Numbered from the stretch's first letter, positions 1 to 11,779 are shown. The stretch is DNA of 64,000 nucleotides from Chiloscyllium plagiosum (GCF_004010195.1 NC_057758.1:8106748-8170747), one strand, 5' to 3'. The notes: generated by a model from the sequence alone, not told the origin. Program-made: numbers and translations.

Positions 1-330
1 CACTATGACACAAACCACTATTAACACATACACACACAAACCCAATAACATCAACACTCACACTCACACATACCCACACACACCCAAACACACAGATTCA
101 CACATGCACACCTACATATACCAACACGCACTCACCCCCAGCCTCACACATGCATACACATGCCCCCCACACACAGACACGCAGCCACAACCACATACAT
201 TCATACGCCCCTACACACACCCACACACATCCACCCACACAGACATCCACATGCCCTCCCACCCAGTCACACTCACGCACGTGTGCACGAATGCACGCAC
301 AAACACACACACTCACACAGACCCCCTCAT
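1..330. repeat. Degenerate (CA)n-rich low-complexity tract
   Basis: Continuous CA/CAC-rich sequence; the overlapping H/T-rich ORFs are a product of the repeat. Confidence 0.9.
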
Positions 331-739
331 ATGTTGGGCACATTAAAATGCCAGATTAATCACTGAAAGTATCGAGGATTGGAGACAAACGGTAAATTGG
401 CTCTGAAGCTACATTTCTTTTCATTCAGCACGGTTATGCAAATATATTCTCTCTCTCTCTATGCCTCTCTCTATCTCTCTGTCTCGCGCTCACTCGATCT
501 CTTTTTCTCGTTTTCTCCCTGCCCCCTTCTCTCACTCAAACACACGCACACTGACTCGCACAGTCTGACTTACACTGACACTCCGTGTTTATCAAGAAAG
601 AAACCATTTCACACATTATGCACAAGCACGTAAACTGTCGGGAATCGCCATGTGCATCAGTAACTGGTGATCAGGTGACTATGCACAAATCCACTGATCT
701 TAACCCAGGCATCTAGCGAATCACTACAGCGTGGATACA

Positions 740-1016
740 GCCCCTTTGAGCCAACCATCCCACAGCATACCTCCAAAGATTAACCCACCCAGACCCATTC
801 CACATCCTCATTATCTTGTAATAACCCCGACTAACCTACACATCTCTGAACGCTATGGGCAATTTAGCATGGTCAATTCACCTAACCGAGAACAAACCGG
901 AGTGAACCCGGAGTGAACACACACAGACTTGGGGAGAATGTTCAAAGTCGACACAGACAGTCGCCCAAGGCTGGAATCGAGCCCTGGTCCCTGCTGGCTC
1001 ACAGCAGTGCTCGCCA
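740..1016 (-). mobile_element. tRNA-derived SINE (shark HE1-like)
   Basis: The reverse strand begins with a tRNA-like head (AGCACTGCTG...GGGCTCGATTCC, B-box-like), followed by a body also seen at 9839-10015. Family name is from recall. Confidence 0.75.
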
Positions 1017-1697
1017 TTTTGCTCTGACACAGAACAATATATCAGATGTATACTACACAAACAGCAAAAGTACCATTACGGATCTCAATGGAACTGCATT
1101 AATCACAGAAATCCAAGCAGAAATGTACCCTCCCAACCCTACTCTCTGTCGTCTATGGGNNNNNNNNNNNNNNNNNNNNNNNNNNNNNNNNNNNNNNNNN
1201 NNNNNNNNNNNNNNNNNNNNNNNNNNNNNNNNNNNNNNNNNNNNNNNNNNNNNNNNNNNNNNNNNNNNNNNNNNNNNNNNNNNNNNNNNNNNNNNNNNNN
1301 NNNNNNNNNNNNNNNNNNNNNNNNNNNNNNNNNNNNNNNNNNNNNNNNNNNNNNNNNNNNNNNNNNNNNNNNNNNNNNNNNNNNNNNNNNNNNNNNNNNN
1401 NNNNNNNNNNNNNNNNNNNNNNNNNNNNNNNNNNNNNNNNNNNNNNNNNNNNNNNNNNNNNNNNNNNNNNNNNNNNNNNNNNNNNNNNNNNNNNNNNNNN
1501 NNNNNNNNNNNNNNNNNNNNNNNNNNNNNNNNNNNNNNNNNNNNNNNNNNNNNNNNNNNNNNNNNNNNNNNNNNNNNNNNNNNNNNNNNNNNNNNNNNNN
1601 NNNNNNNNNNNNNNNNNNNNNNNNNNNNNNNNNNNNNNNNNNNNNNNNNNNNNNNNNNNAAGAAAGGGCAATTCCGCTTATGAATTATGATGAAGAA

Positions 1698-1762
1698 TAG
1701 GGGTGTCAGGGGTTCCTGCCCTCGGGGGCCCACCAGGAATCCTTGATAAACTTGAAGGTGGG
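1698..1762 (+). promoter_or_regulatory. gag UAG read-through signal with predicted MLV-type pseudoknot
   Basis: TAG (1698-1700), 8-nt spacer GGGTGTCA, stem 1 GGGGTTCCTG (1709-1718)/CAGGAATCCT (1734-1743). Loop CCCAC (1729-1733) is complementary to GTGGG (1758-1762). The protease frame continues in phase after the TAG. Confidence 0.8.
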
Positions 1763-2089
1763 ACCGTGTAGGGAGAAGGTAGTCTTCCTAGTAGATACGG
1801 GGCAGCACGGTCATTGTTGAATTTTAAAACAAAGAAGGTAGAAATGTTAACACAGTCAATTACTGTTTCGGGGGTGAAAGGGGAAGGATTTACTGTTCCA
1901 GTATTTGAACCTATGATGATAGAAGATCCTAAGGATAGGATCACAGGGGAACTGCTGTATATTCTTGATATAGGAAGTAACTTACTGGGGAGAGACTTAA
2001 TTATCCTTTTAGGACTGGAGATTGGAATTCAGGAAAAAGAATTAGTTGTACAACTGGTGATGTTGACAGAGATGCAGAGAGAAAGATAG
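1701..2089 (+). pseudogene. pro: Retroviral aspartic protease (frameshifted)
   Basis: VFLVDTG active site, then a 1-nt frameshift in the G-run, then TVSGVKG...NLLGRDLI. Confidence 0.9.
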
Positions 2090-2487
2090 ACACTATTGTA
2101 TGGGCTAGAGAAGAGAATCTTGGAAAACTACAGATCCCTCCCCTTACAATAAATTAAAAACGAATAGGAGACGTTATTTGTGAACGACAATATTCTATTT
2201 TCATAGAAGGTAAACGGGGACTGTAGCCAGTAATTGAGGGACTGATTAGAGATGGACTATTGGAACCATTTATGTCTCCTTCTAATACCCCAATTCTACC
2301 AGTGCGGAAATCTGATGGAACTTATCGATTGGTGCAGGATTTGAGAACATTATATCGGATAGTACAGGTCAGGCACCCAGTGGTGCCAAACCCCTACACG
2401 ATATTAAGTAAGATCCCTCATGATTACAGATGGTTTAGTGTGATAGATTTAAAGGATGCCTTTTGGGCTTGTCCCTTGGCGGAGGAA
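2090..2487 (+). pseudogene. pol: Reverse transcriptase N-terminal fragment
   Basis: SPSNTPILPVRKSDGTYRLVQDLR...VPNPYTIL...WFSVIDLKDAFW. It ends abruptly at CPLAEE, before the YXDD motif. Confidence 0.92.
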
Positions 2488-2914
2488 AGATTTGGGACTA
2501 CCCCCCTACGAACTCTTATTTGGATTACCTTATCTGGGAACGCAGGGAGAATTGCCAATTCCCGAAACTAAAGATTTGTTTTTAAAGAAGTGTATACTGG
2601 GCTTGTCCTCCTCTTTATCTTTCCTCAGAAAACAGGGTCTATTGGCACAGACTCCGCCCCTTGAATTTGCTGTTCATCCCATCCGGCCAGGAGATTGGGT
2701 CTTAATAAAATCATGGACTGAGACTAAGCTGCAGCCAGACTGGGAAGGGCCGTATCAGACTCTTTTGACTACCGAAACGGCAATAAGGACGGCGGAAAAA
2801 GGCTGGACTCATTATACTCGGAACAAAGGGCCAGTGGACCCTCCAGTTGAGGAAGAAGCCTGGACAGCCGAATCAACGCAAGACCCGCTGAAACTCAGAC
2901 TAAAGAGACTTTGA
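2480..2914 (+). pseudogene. pol: Integrase C-terminal fragment
   Basis: LGLPPYELLFG...PGDWVLIK...LQPDWEGPYQTLLTT...WTHYTR (GPY-module C-terminal domain), fused directly to the RT fragment. Confidence 0.9.
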
Positions 2915-2935
2915 GTAATTGACTATACAGTGGCG

Positions 2936-4360
2936 ATGCGGGCGCGGGATTATTTCTGTAAGATTGTATATTAAGCCTTTTTGTGTTTTAGCATAATGAT
3001 CAGAATACTGGGAATGCTTAGAGTTATGATGCTAGCCCTCTTAGTATTAATGAAATATTTGGGATTGAAATGAAAGCAAATGGGAAGGAGTTTTTGGGCT
3101 GTTGTTTTCGAATTAGCAAAGGACAGGGAAAAATGGGTAGAATTACTGGGTAATGAGATACAACCTTTCACCCCTCCCGATGATCCTAAAGTAGTAAAAA
3201 TTATAGAGGTAAATGATTTGAAACAGACCATGGAGATAGAGACTGGGTACGGGGATGCAAATGGGTACTGGGTTGAATGGGTAAAGTATACTGTAAAAAG
3301 TCTGAACAAAAGCAATTGCTATGCATGTGCCTCCAGTAGGCCAGTGGCCCAGGTGGTTCCCTTTCCGCTCGGGTGGAAGCGAGACAGGAAGGGCATGAAA
3401 TGTATGATAGCCCTGTACCAGGATGAGATTGCATGGAATGATAGAAATTGTACCTCCCTATCTCTAATGTTCCCTCCCTTGGAGGAGAAAGATGCAAAAG
3501 ATCCCCCCACATTTTCCGCTGCAGTTGGAAATCACACGTCATGTGTACACAGGCGAGGTACAATGCGGTCGAGAGATTTGGGGGAGCTGAAATTATGTAC
3601 AGAGATTAAGAATGTTACCGAAACGGAGAAGGGAGGGAACTACTCAGCATTAAAGGTTCCCCGAGCGGATCTGTGGTGGTACTGTGGAGGAAAAATATTG
3701 AGACCCACCCTACCTCCGGATTGGAAAGGGATATGCGCAATTGTACAATTGGCAATTCCATTTACCTTGGCATTTGAGAAGGAAAACATTGTAGGGAAAA
3801 AGGGAAGGGGTAAGAGATTACTGTTAGATACTTCTTTTGATGACAGGATTTATCTTGATTCGATAGGAGTCCCTACGGGAGTACCTGATGAATTCAAGGC
3901 TCGTAACCAGATTGCAGCAGGCTTTGAGTCAGCTCTCTTTTGGTGGGTAACTATTAATAAAAATGTAGATTGGATAAATTACATGTTTTATAATCAACAG
4001 CGATTTATAAATTATACAAGAGAGGCGGTTAAAGGAATATCAGAACAGCTTGATGCGACAAGTAGGATGGCATGGGAAAACAGAATAGTCTTTGATATGA
4101 TTTTAGCAGAGAAAGGGGGCGGTGGTTTTTATCCTTACTTCCCTGATAGTAGTAGTCGGGGTAGTGGTGGCCATTGGCTGTTGTGTCATACCCTGCATAC
4201 GAGGGCGCAACCAAAGACTGATTGAAACAGCCTTGGTGAAACGAATGCCCCTGAGGGGAAATTTGACAGAGGAACTTTACAACTAAATAATAAGGAGATG
4301 AGTGAGACTAAGATAGATGAAATCTCTGAAATGATGCTTGCGAATTTTGGGAACAATGTT
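2936..4360 (+). pseudogene. env: Gamma-type envelope (SU-TM) with internal deletions
   Basis: Signal-like hydrophobic stretch, CYAC (CXXC), RGKR furin-like site, GVPDEFKARNQIAAGFES, and immunosuppressive domain (ISD) ENRIVFDMILAEKGG. The membrane anchor (VVAIGCCVIPCIRG) is in another frame. ORF 3080-4225 is open for 381 codons. Confidence 0.9.
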
Positions 4361-4403
4361 AAAAAAAAAGGAGACAAAAATGCAGAAGATAACAGATAGT
4401 AAT

Positions 4404-4422
4404 GAAAAGAAAAAGGGGAAAT
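4404..4422 (+). promoter_or_regulatory. Polypurine tract of ERV-A
   Basis: GAAAAGAAAAAGGGGAAAT immediately precedes the LTR TG; the same motif lies before 57634. Confidence 0.9.
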
Positions 4423-5389
4423 TGTGGGATATAAATGAATTAATGTTATTTCTGCAAGTATAAATTCTGATACAGAACAAGAATGAGAAAATACATATTC
4501 AGCAAAAACAAAGGATATGTGAGCATGAGACATGAATACAGAACAATGGTGGATATATGGGCAAACAGGAAAGCATCTGTTTCCCCCTTACACGGGGACA
4601 CAGGAACAAACCCTAATCAAAGAGGTCAAAGTGGCCTCTGGATGGAAATAGATGCTGATAGAAGAAAAGATATGCCTAATCAATAACCTACGGTAGACTG
4701 ACGTCAAACACCCTTATGGGAGTCAGAGATAAGAGTTTGTCACGGACAAAACAGGATAAACAGAAGTTGTGGGATAAGTCTTAAGGAAATCTGTGACGTA
4801 AGCGAAGCAGGGAACATTTCTGCAAGTATAAATTCTGATACAGAACAGGAATGAGAAAATATATATTCAGCAAAAAGAAAGGATATGTTAGCATGAGATG
4901 TGAATACAGAACAATGGTGGATATTTGGGCAAACAGGAAAGCATCTGTTTCCCCCTTACACGGGGACACAGGAACAAACCCTAATCAAAGAGGTCAAAGT
5001 GGCCTCTGGATGGAAATAGGTGCTGATAGAAGAAAATATATGCCTAATCAATAATCTACAATAGACTGACGTCAAACACCCTTATGGGAGTCAGAGATAA
5101 GAGTTTGTCACGGACAAGACAGGATAAACAGAAGTTGTGGGATAAGTCTTAAGGAAATGAGTGACGTAAGCGAAGCAGGGAACACACAATGGAATAAGGA
5201 AAACATATGGGAAAAAAACAGTATAAATTGCAAGGTTTTTTTTTGGGATATACTGTGCAATTTGTCATTGCCTTACCTGGCAATTAGACAAAGCACCCAC
5301 CTATAGGTGTACAAATAAAACGACGCTGCTGTTCAAAAATTTGGTCTCGGACTGAAATTATTAAAATGAGTGAGCTTTTGTTTCTCACA
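4423..5389 (+). repeat. ERV-A 3' LTR with a 368-bp U3 tandem duplication
   Basis: Termini TGTGGGA...TCTCACA, TATAAA at 5222, AATAAA at 5314. Homologous to the single-unit LTR at 57634-58227. Confidence 0.92.
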
Positions 5390-5594
5390 ACAATTTCCCA
5401 GTTCCTTTCTGAAACCACCAGCACTGTGATTTTCTGTATCCCATTCCATTGCAGCAAAAGCACCTGAGGCCCTTCATCTCTGATCCACCTTTTTACACTC
5501 CTTAACACGTTGAAAAATCTGATAAGTTTTCTCTACACTTGACTTAGTTGTACAGACATTTTGCGGTCCACTATGTTTCATGATGTTATTATGC

Positions 5595-7680
5595 TAATTC
5601 AAAACTGGGGCATTGTGAGTGCCAATAATTGACAAAGTACCTGTTCCGGGTCTGCAGCTTATTCTTGGGAATGATTTCCCACGATCTGAAATGGGAATGA
5701 CACCTCTTGTTGTGGAGAAATCACGGAAAGTCCAGGAAACTGAGGAATTAAAAAAAATCTTGGAATGTTTCAAGACAATGCCATAACAAGATTCCAACAT
5801 CATAAGTCATAGCACGAAGGTAAAACTAAAGATAAAGATCAAGGAGTTTAGGTTCAGTCAGCGGACGTTCGATTTAATGCAATAGTGCATGAAAGGCTAA
5901 AACAGGCAGTTCTTCAGGTAACATCGAAGGCGCTGCAATGTTCTATGTCCTATGTGTCTAGTCCTGAAATGCTGATGGACGTTCAACAAAAAGAGGAGAC
6001 AATAAGCGATATGTATTTTGATGCACACTCAGGAAGTGATTTAGAATATATTCCTGCGGATTGTGATCTTCGAGATAGAATACTAGGTCGAAAATGGTGG
6101 ACATGGTATGTTAGTGCAGATGAGAAATGCGCAGAAGTGTACTGGATTTAAAAAATATTATATAAATTGAAGGTGAAGGGTGGAAATTATAGGGGGGATG
6201 TCAGGGGTAGGTTCTTTACCCAGAGAGTGGTGGGGGCATGGAATGCGCTGCCTGTGGGAGGAGCAGAGTCAGAATCATTGGTGACCTTTAAGCGGCAATT
6301 GGATAGGTACATGGCTAGGTGCATAAGCTCGTACAAATGTTCGGAACAACATCGTGGGCCGAAGGGCCTGTACTGTGCTGGATTGTTCTATGTTCTATAT
6401 GCTCTATGTTCTAGATTTTGTTGCCGGTAGCATGCAAGCCATAAGTGTTATAGTCAGCTCATGAATTACCAGTAGGACGTTACTAATTTGAAAGGAAGAT
6501 TCGGGCAAAAGTACAAAAGCATCTCGATTGGCCAGGAATCCAGAGGGATGATGTCACCATTACCGTACACTCCATACATAGCAGATGGTAGGGAAGCTAC
6601 AGGCAGTAACACAGGCAGCAACTTTGTTGCCAATTCCCACATTCGAAGAACCTTTCATGTGGATTACGATTGATTAATTCAGTCACCAGCTGAAAACTAA
6701 AAGTCGGTACCTGTATTTGTTGACCAGAATGGATGTGTCGACCAGATTTCCGGAGGCAATTCCATTATGGAGTATTAAGAGAAGAAGTATAGGAGAGGAC
6801 CGAGTAGCATTCGTCACGTGGTATCGGTTACCAATAGAGATTCGATCAGGCTAAGTATTTAATTTTACTGCTCGGCTGTTTGAAAAAAATCAGGGACAGC
6901 TTAAGTAAGCAGCACTTTCAATCAAATGCGTATCATCCTCAATCCCAGGGAGCTTTGGAAAGGTAGCATCAAACCCTGAAAGCCATTTTAAGAGCATTCT
7001 GTCAGGGTGACCTGAATGACGGGAAAATGGCATTCCAATCGTGTCGTTTGCTGTTAATTACGCCCCAAACCAGAATACCCAGATTACTACATTTGATGAA
7101 TATTCAGATATGAAGTAGGAGGCCCTTTAAAATTAATAAAAGAGAAATTGACAAGACCAGTGTCGAAGATCTCACACTTGGATTATGTCTCGGAGCTGAG
7201 GGAGTGATTAAATCATGGAGTTAAGTTAACTAAACAGCACCTGAAGAGAGCACAGCACAGAATGAAGCAGGTGGCAAATAGAAAGTTTGCAATTCAGACG
7301 TTTATCCAGGTGAATAACATATTAGCATTGTCACGAGTGGTATGATATCCCTTCGAGGCTTGGTTTAGTGGCCCCTATCAAACTGAAATATTTTTGAGTC
7401 AGTTGAATTGTTTGGTCAAAATGTTGGAAGGAAAAATAAAACATGGATCAGGAATGTCATGTAGATATGTATGCCTTATCATACTCGAGACAACGAACTG
7501 GAGAAACTGATGTTAGTTACTTGTTTGCAGAATCAGGAATTCAATCCTGATTTCGTGGAGTTTGATTTACCTCAAAATACGTTAATATAAAGTCAGTCCT
7601 GGACTATTGGGATAGATTTGTGAACTATCTGTCTCAGGTGCAAAGAAAACAGTTGAAAAGGTTGTTGCCGCAGTATGCTG
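5595..7680 (+). mobile_element. Degraded Gypsy LTR retrotransposon, Gmr1-like (protease end followed by integrase)
   Basis: PVPGLQLILGND (protease end), then AHELPVG...WPGI, TRFPEAIPL and AYHPQSQGALER*HQTLK (integrase), with no RT in between. Confidence 0.75.
6160..6413 (+). mobile_element. CR1/HER1 LINE 3' end inserted in the Gypsy remnant
   Basis: RGDVRGRFFTQRVVGAWNALP (CR1 ORF2 C-terminus), 3' stem-loop GGGCCGAAGGGCC and a (TGTTCTA)n tail. Confidence 0.88.
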
Positions 7681-7684
7681 TGGA

Positions 7685-8695
7685 GTACTAAAGAAGGTGA
7701 ATCTTTTGTCAATGGAAAGAAGGAGGCGTACGCGAGGAGAAGACGTGAAGGCTCAGTTATGAATACGGAGATTTAAACGTCAGCAGGAAGGACCGAAAAA
7801 AAAAAGTTGAGAAGAGCCCGGAGAGAACATGATACGTCTTTCGAGGGTAGTTTCTAATAGAACCCTAAGGCTTTCTATGGGTACGCTAGGAAAAATAATA
7901 AGATTGACTGGAGTAAGATTAAGGCCATTAACGGTCAGTTGTGGGAATTTCTGCCTGGAGTCCGCAGAGATGGGTGAGTTGCTGAACGAATATTCTTTTG
8001 ACAATATTCACACAGGAAAAAAAAAAGCCAATGTTGCCGAGGACAAGACTGACATACAGGTGATGAAACAACACTTCACTGAGAATCAGAAGGAAGAGGT
8101 GATTCTGGATAGTGTTAACATAGGTAGGTCCCTTGGGCCAGATAGGATTCATCCGAAGATACTCTGCTAAGCTAGACAGTACATTGCAGAAACTTTCACT
8201 TTAATCATTGCATCACCATAGTCTGCACGAACGGTTCCGGAAAACATTTGCCAGACAGCAAACGTTATCCACTTATTCAAAAAGGGCAGTAGAACAAATG
8301 CTGGTTCGTATACACCAGTGAACCATACTTCTGTTGTGGGTAAAATGTTGGAAACGATTATAACATGTGGATTTGTAATAATCTGGAAACGAACAATTTG
8401 ATTCAGGACAGTCAACACGATTTTGTGAAGGGTAGGTCGTACCTTACAAACCTTTTTCAGTTCTTTGAGAAGGTGACCAAATAGGTTGATGAGGGTAAAG
8501 AGGTTGGTGTCGTGTATATGGATTTTCGTAAAGCGTTTGATCAGGTTTCCTCAGCTAGACTATTGCAGAAAATGCAGAGGTACGGATTGAGGATGATTTA
8601 GCGTTTTGGATGAGAAATTGACAAACTGAAAGAAAACAGAGATTGGTGGATGCTGGGAAATGTTCATGTTGAAGTTCAGTTACTGGTGGTGTACG
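7685..8695 (+). mobile_element. CR1 LINE ORF2 fragment (RT N-terminal half)
   Basis: GPDRIHP, ANVIHLFKKG, TSVVGKMLE and VYMDFRKAFD motifs, with stops and frameshifts. Confidence 0.88.
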
Positions 8696-8699
8696 AACG

Positions 8700-9575
8700 G
8701 AAAATGAGTACTGCTGATGCTGGAGATTAGAGTCAAGATTGGAGTACAGTTGGTCCGGTAGCATCCGAAGACCATGAAAGTGGACGTTTTGGGCAAAAGC
8801 CCTTCATCAGAAATGCGGACATAACTCGAAGGTGTTAAGGCTGAGGAGAAGGTAGCCGAGAGTTCAATAGGCGATGCAAGTGTTGATAAAGTTGATAGGT
8901 CAGAGAGGAGTGTGGAGCGGATAGTTGGGAAGGATCTCTGACCGGTGCAACAGGTCATGAGGACGGCGATGAGCTAGATGTTGGAGCTATAACTGAGGTA
9001 AAGTGGGAGCGAGGGAAAATGAGGGAAGTGCTGAATTCTACATTGAGGCAATGGGGTTTAAGAGTTCACAAGTGGAAGATGAGGCATTCTAACTCCAGGC
9101 ATCGGGTGGTAACGGAGTGGCCATGCAGGAGGCGCAGTACCTACATTTCCTCAGCAAAGTCGAAGGGTGTGTTGATGTGTTCGGACACGGGGTGGTGGGG
9201 TTGATCGGTGTGGGTGTCCCGGAGATGTTCCCTGACGCGCTCTGCGTGTAGGTGTCCAGACTTTGCAGTGTAAAAGAAACCGCATCAGGAACAATAGATA
9301 GCGTAACTGTCGTGTGTGGAAATGCAGTTGAAACTTTGCTGAATGTGGATGGCTCCTATGGGCCCTTCTACGGATGTCAGGGGGGAGTTGTGGGCGCCTG
9401 TTTAGCAATTCCTGCCGTAGCAGCGGAAATTGCCGGGAGAGGAGGGTGGGCTGTGAGGGGATGTGAACCTGCTCAGGTAGTTGTGCAGGGAAAGGTATTT
9501 ACTGAAAGGAGAAAGAGGTGTGGAGGGAAGTATGTCGCTGGTGGTGGAGTCCATTTTGTAAATATTAGCGAAGTT
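8700..9575 (-). mobile_element. Penelope-like element 3' part (GIY-YIG region and pLTR with degenerate HHR)
   Basis: The reverse strand encodes a Cys-rich region and an REHLR-type GIY-YIG stretch. The 3' end has CTGATGAAGGGCTTTTGCCCAAAACGTC (8783-8810; GAAA mutated to AAAA). Confidence 0.8.
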
Positions 9576-9643
9576 TAAGAAGATTTGTAGCACAGGTTGA
9601 TCCTCTGGCCATAGGTTTGCTCGCAAGGCTGGAAGGTTCATTT

Positions 9644-9683
9644 CCAGATGCTTCGTCACCATACTAAGTAACATCTTCAGTGA
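9644..9683 (-). ncRNA. Degenerate type I hammerhead ribozyme in PLE pLTR
   Basis: Reverse strand reads TCA CTGAAGA T GTTAC TTAGTATG GTGAC GAAG CATC TGG. CUGANGA and stem II are intact; GAAA is changed to GAAG. Confidence 0.6.
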
Positions 9684-9838
9684 CCTCCGGGCGAAGAACA
9701 GCTGATGATTTCTGCTTTTTGCCATTATGCTTGGGTGTCTTTGGGATGGTGATGTCATTTCCTGCGGTGATGTCCTTCCCTGTTCTTTTTATGATGAAGT
9801 GGTAAATAGGGTCGAAATCGATGTGTTTGTTGATACAT

Positions 9839-10015
9839 TACCCCTGACTAATGCACCTAACCGACACATCCCTGAACTCCACGGACAACTTAGCATGGCT
9901 AATTCACCTAACTTGAACATCTTTCGGCTGTGGGAGGAAACCAGAGCACCAGGAGGAAACCCACGCAGGCATGGGAAGAATGTGTAAAATCCACACAGAC
10001 AGTCGCCCAAGGCTG
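9839..10015 (-). mobile_element. Partial HE1-like SINE nested in the PLE
   Basis: Homologous to ~825-975; interrupts the PLE just after the GIY-YIG coding region. Confidence 0.8.
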
Positions 10016-11779
10016 CTATGCTTCTAGGAATTCCCGTGGCTGTCTCTGTTTGGCTTGTCCTACGATGGATGCATTGTCCCAGTTGAAGTGGTGTCCTTCC
10101 TTATCTGTTTATACTGTAGAATACTAGTGAGAGATGGTCATGTCGTATTGTGCCTAGTTGATGTTCATGTATCATGCAGGCTAGTATTTTGCCTGTTTGT
10201 CCAAAGTTGTGTTTGTTACAGTCCTTCACGGTATTTTGAAATTACATTACTTTTGCTTGTTGACTGTAATGGTTCTTCAAGTTCATCAGCTGCTGTTTTA
10301 GTGTGTTGGTGAATTTGTGACTTTCCTCTGCTCTGCGTAGCTCCACTGTGCTTCAGTGTGTATTGGCTCTTTGAAATAATGTTCTGACGCAGCTTCGTTT
10401 GTGGATGTAGGGATGATTGCTTCTGTCGTTGAATATTTGGTCGGCACGTGTTGTTTTCCTGTCGACGCTAGTTTGAAGTTCCCCATTGGCTGTTCGCTCT
10501 ACTGTGACATTTCGGAATGGCAGTTTGTTATTGTTTTCCTCCACGTTGGTGAATTTTATGCCAGTAAGGCTATTATTGATGGTCTTGAAAGGGTCCTCTA
10601 ATTTGTTTCGTTTCGTGATGTCAAAGGTGTCATCCACGTAGCAGAACCATGGTTTGGGTTGAATGATTGACAGACCTGTTTGTTCGAATCTCTGCATTAC
10701 TGCCTCTGCTAAGAACCCTGATATCGGAGATGCCATGGGTGTTCTGTTGGTTTGTCTGGAGGATTTCTTGTTGAATATGAAGTGTGTGGTAATGTATAGA
10801 ACCACCAGCTTGATTATACTCTCCTTGCTGATGTAGTTAGTGGTGAGTCTTCTAATATTATAGTCTCTGTTTCCTTGGTTAATATTGATTGAAGTAGACA
10901 GGACTGTTACATCAAATGTGATCATTATTTTATTCGCTTTTATCTTAGTGTCTTTGATAGTCTTCAGAAATTCTTGGGTGGAGTGGATGGAGTGATGTGA
11001 GCCTTCTACTAAGAGTTTTAGTCTTTCGTTTAGTTCCTTGGCCAATCTGTAAATTGGGGTTCCACGTAGTGAGACTATGATTCTGAGGGGTGTCCTGGTT
11101 TGTGACATTTGGGTACCTTCTAGAAATGTGGTGTTTTGGATCCCTTTGGTTTCATTCTTCAGACGTCGGTCTTATTTATTTTTCCAGCTTTGAAGTTTCT
11201 TTGAGTAGAGTTGCGATTTGGTCCTCTATTTGTGGCGTCGGATCTTTCGCCACTTGTTGGTAAAAGTTGGTATGTGTTCGTAATTTTGACACGGGCTTTC
11301 ACAGAAGTAGTATATTATTTAATAGAGTGGGAGGCAGAAAACGAGCATTTAAGTGGAAGGAGTCCTTCCTTTTTCGAGAGGAGAGAAAGAGATAGGACCA
11401 GTAAGCTTCCAGACAGCGAAACTTTCCACTTACAAGGCACTTGCTCGACCGACTGTAGCCTTCATTTTTGGGAGGAGGTCGTGTGATCAATTCAAAGGTT
11501 GCTCATTGCTGACTTCCCAGATCTCAGTCTCCCATACCCCAGATACTGTATTACTCTCGCCAGTGTAACATTTTACACTGCTGAATGTCCATTGGTTATC
11601 TGACACTGCAAATTTTGCATAATTATGACTGTTTGATTAGTGAAGACCACACACATGATGTACAAAGCTGAGTCACCAAATAACGGGCATTCTGGAGAGT
11701 AGCCATTTTATTGCCATATATAATACAGCAGCTGAATATTGTTGTGTGCTCAAATGTCAGTAATTCCACTCCGTTGCCA

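Larger units (their letters stand above)
1660..5389 (+). mobile_element. Defective class I endogenous retrovirus ERV-A, copy 1 (gag end, pro, deleted pol, env, PPT, 3' LTR)
   Basis: Gag end (ERAIPLMNYDEE*), protease, RT N-terminus, integrase C-terminus, env, polypurine tract and TG...CA LTR occur in retroviral order. The 5' part is lost in the N-gap. Confidence 0.95.
9580..11580 (-). mobile_element. Penelope-like element (Poseidon-type RT and GIY-YIG) with 3' pLTR
   Basis: ORF 10353-11108 has PLRIIVS, FDVT, TPMASPIS and YVDDTF. GIY-YIG motifs (QTGK..A..HEHQL...REFLEA) lie at ~10020-10200. Confidence 0.88.

Noticed and set aside
5..366. His/Thr- or Cys/Val-rich ORFs (also at 11739-12550 and 25515-26227)
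   Set aside because: They are translations of CA/TG low-complexity repeats.
960..1016. tRNA gene
   Set aside because: Only a decayed tRNA-like SINE head is present, continuous with the SINE body.
913..1733. Long ORFs spanning N runs (also at 18857-19462, 24660-25439, 53141-54185, 54731-55465)
   Set aside because: They are open only because N codons contain no stops.
3080..4225. Domesticated syncytin-like env gene
   Set aside because: The signal peptide is out of frame, CX6CC is deleted and the anchor is frameshifted, so it cannot be fusogenic.
4483..5054. Duplicated 67-aa ORFs as a retroviral accessory gene
   Set aside because: They lie in the LTR U3 repeat units, and the frame is interrupted by a stop in the copy 2 LTR.
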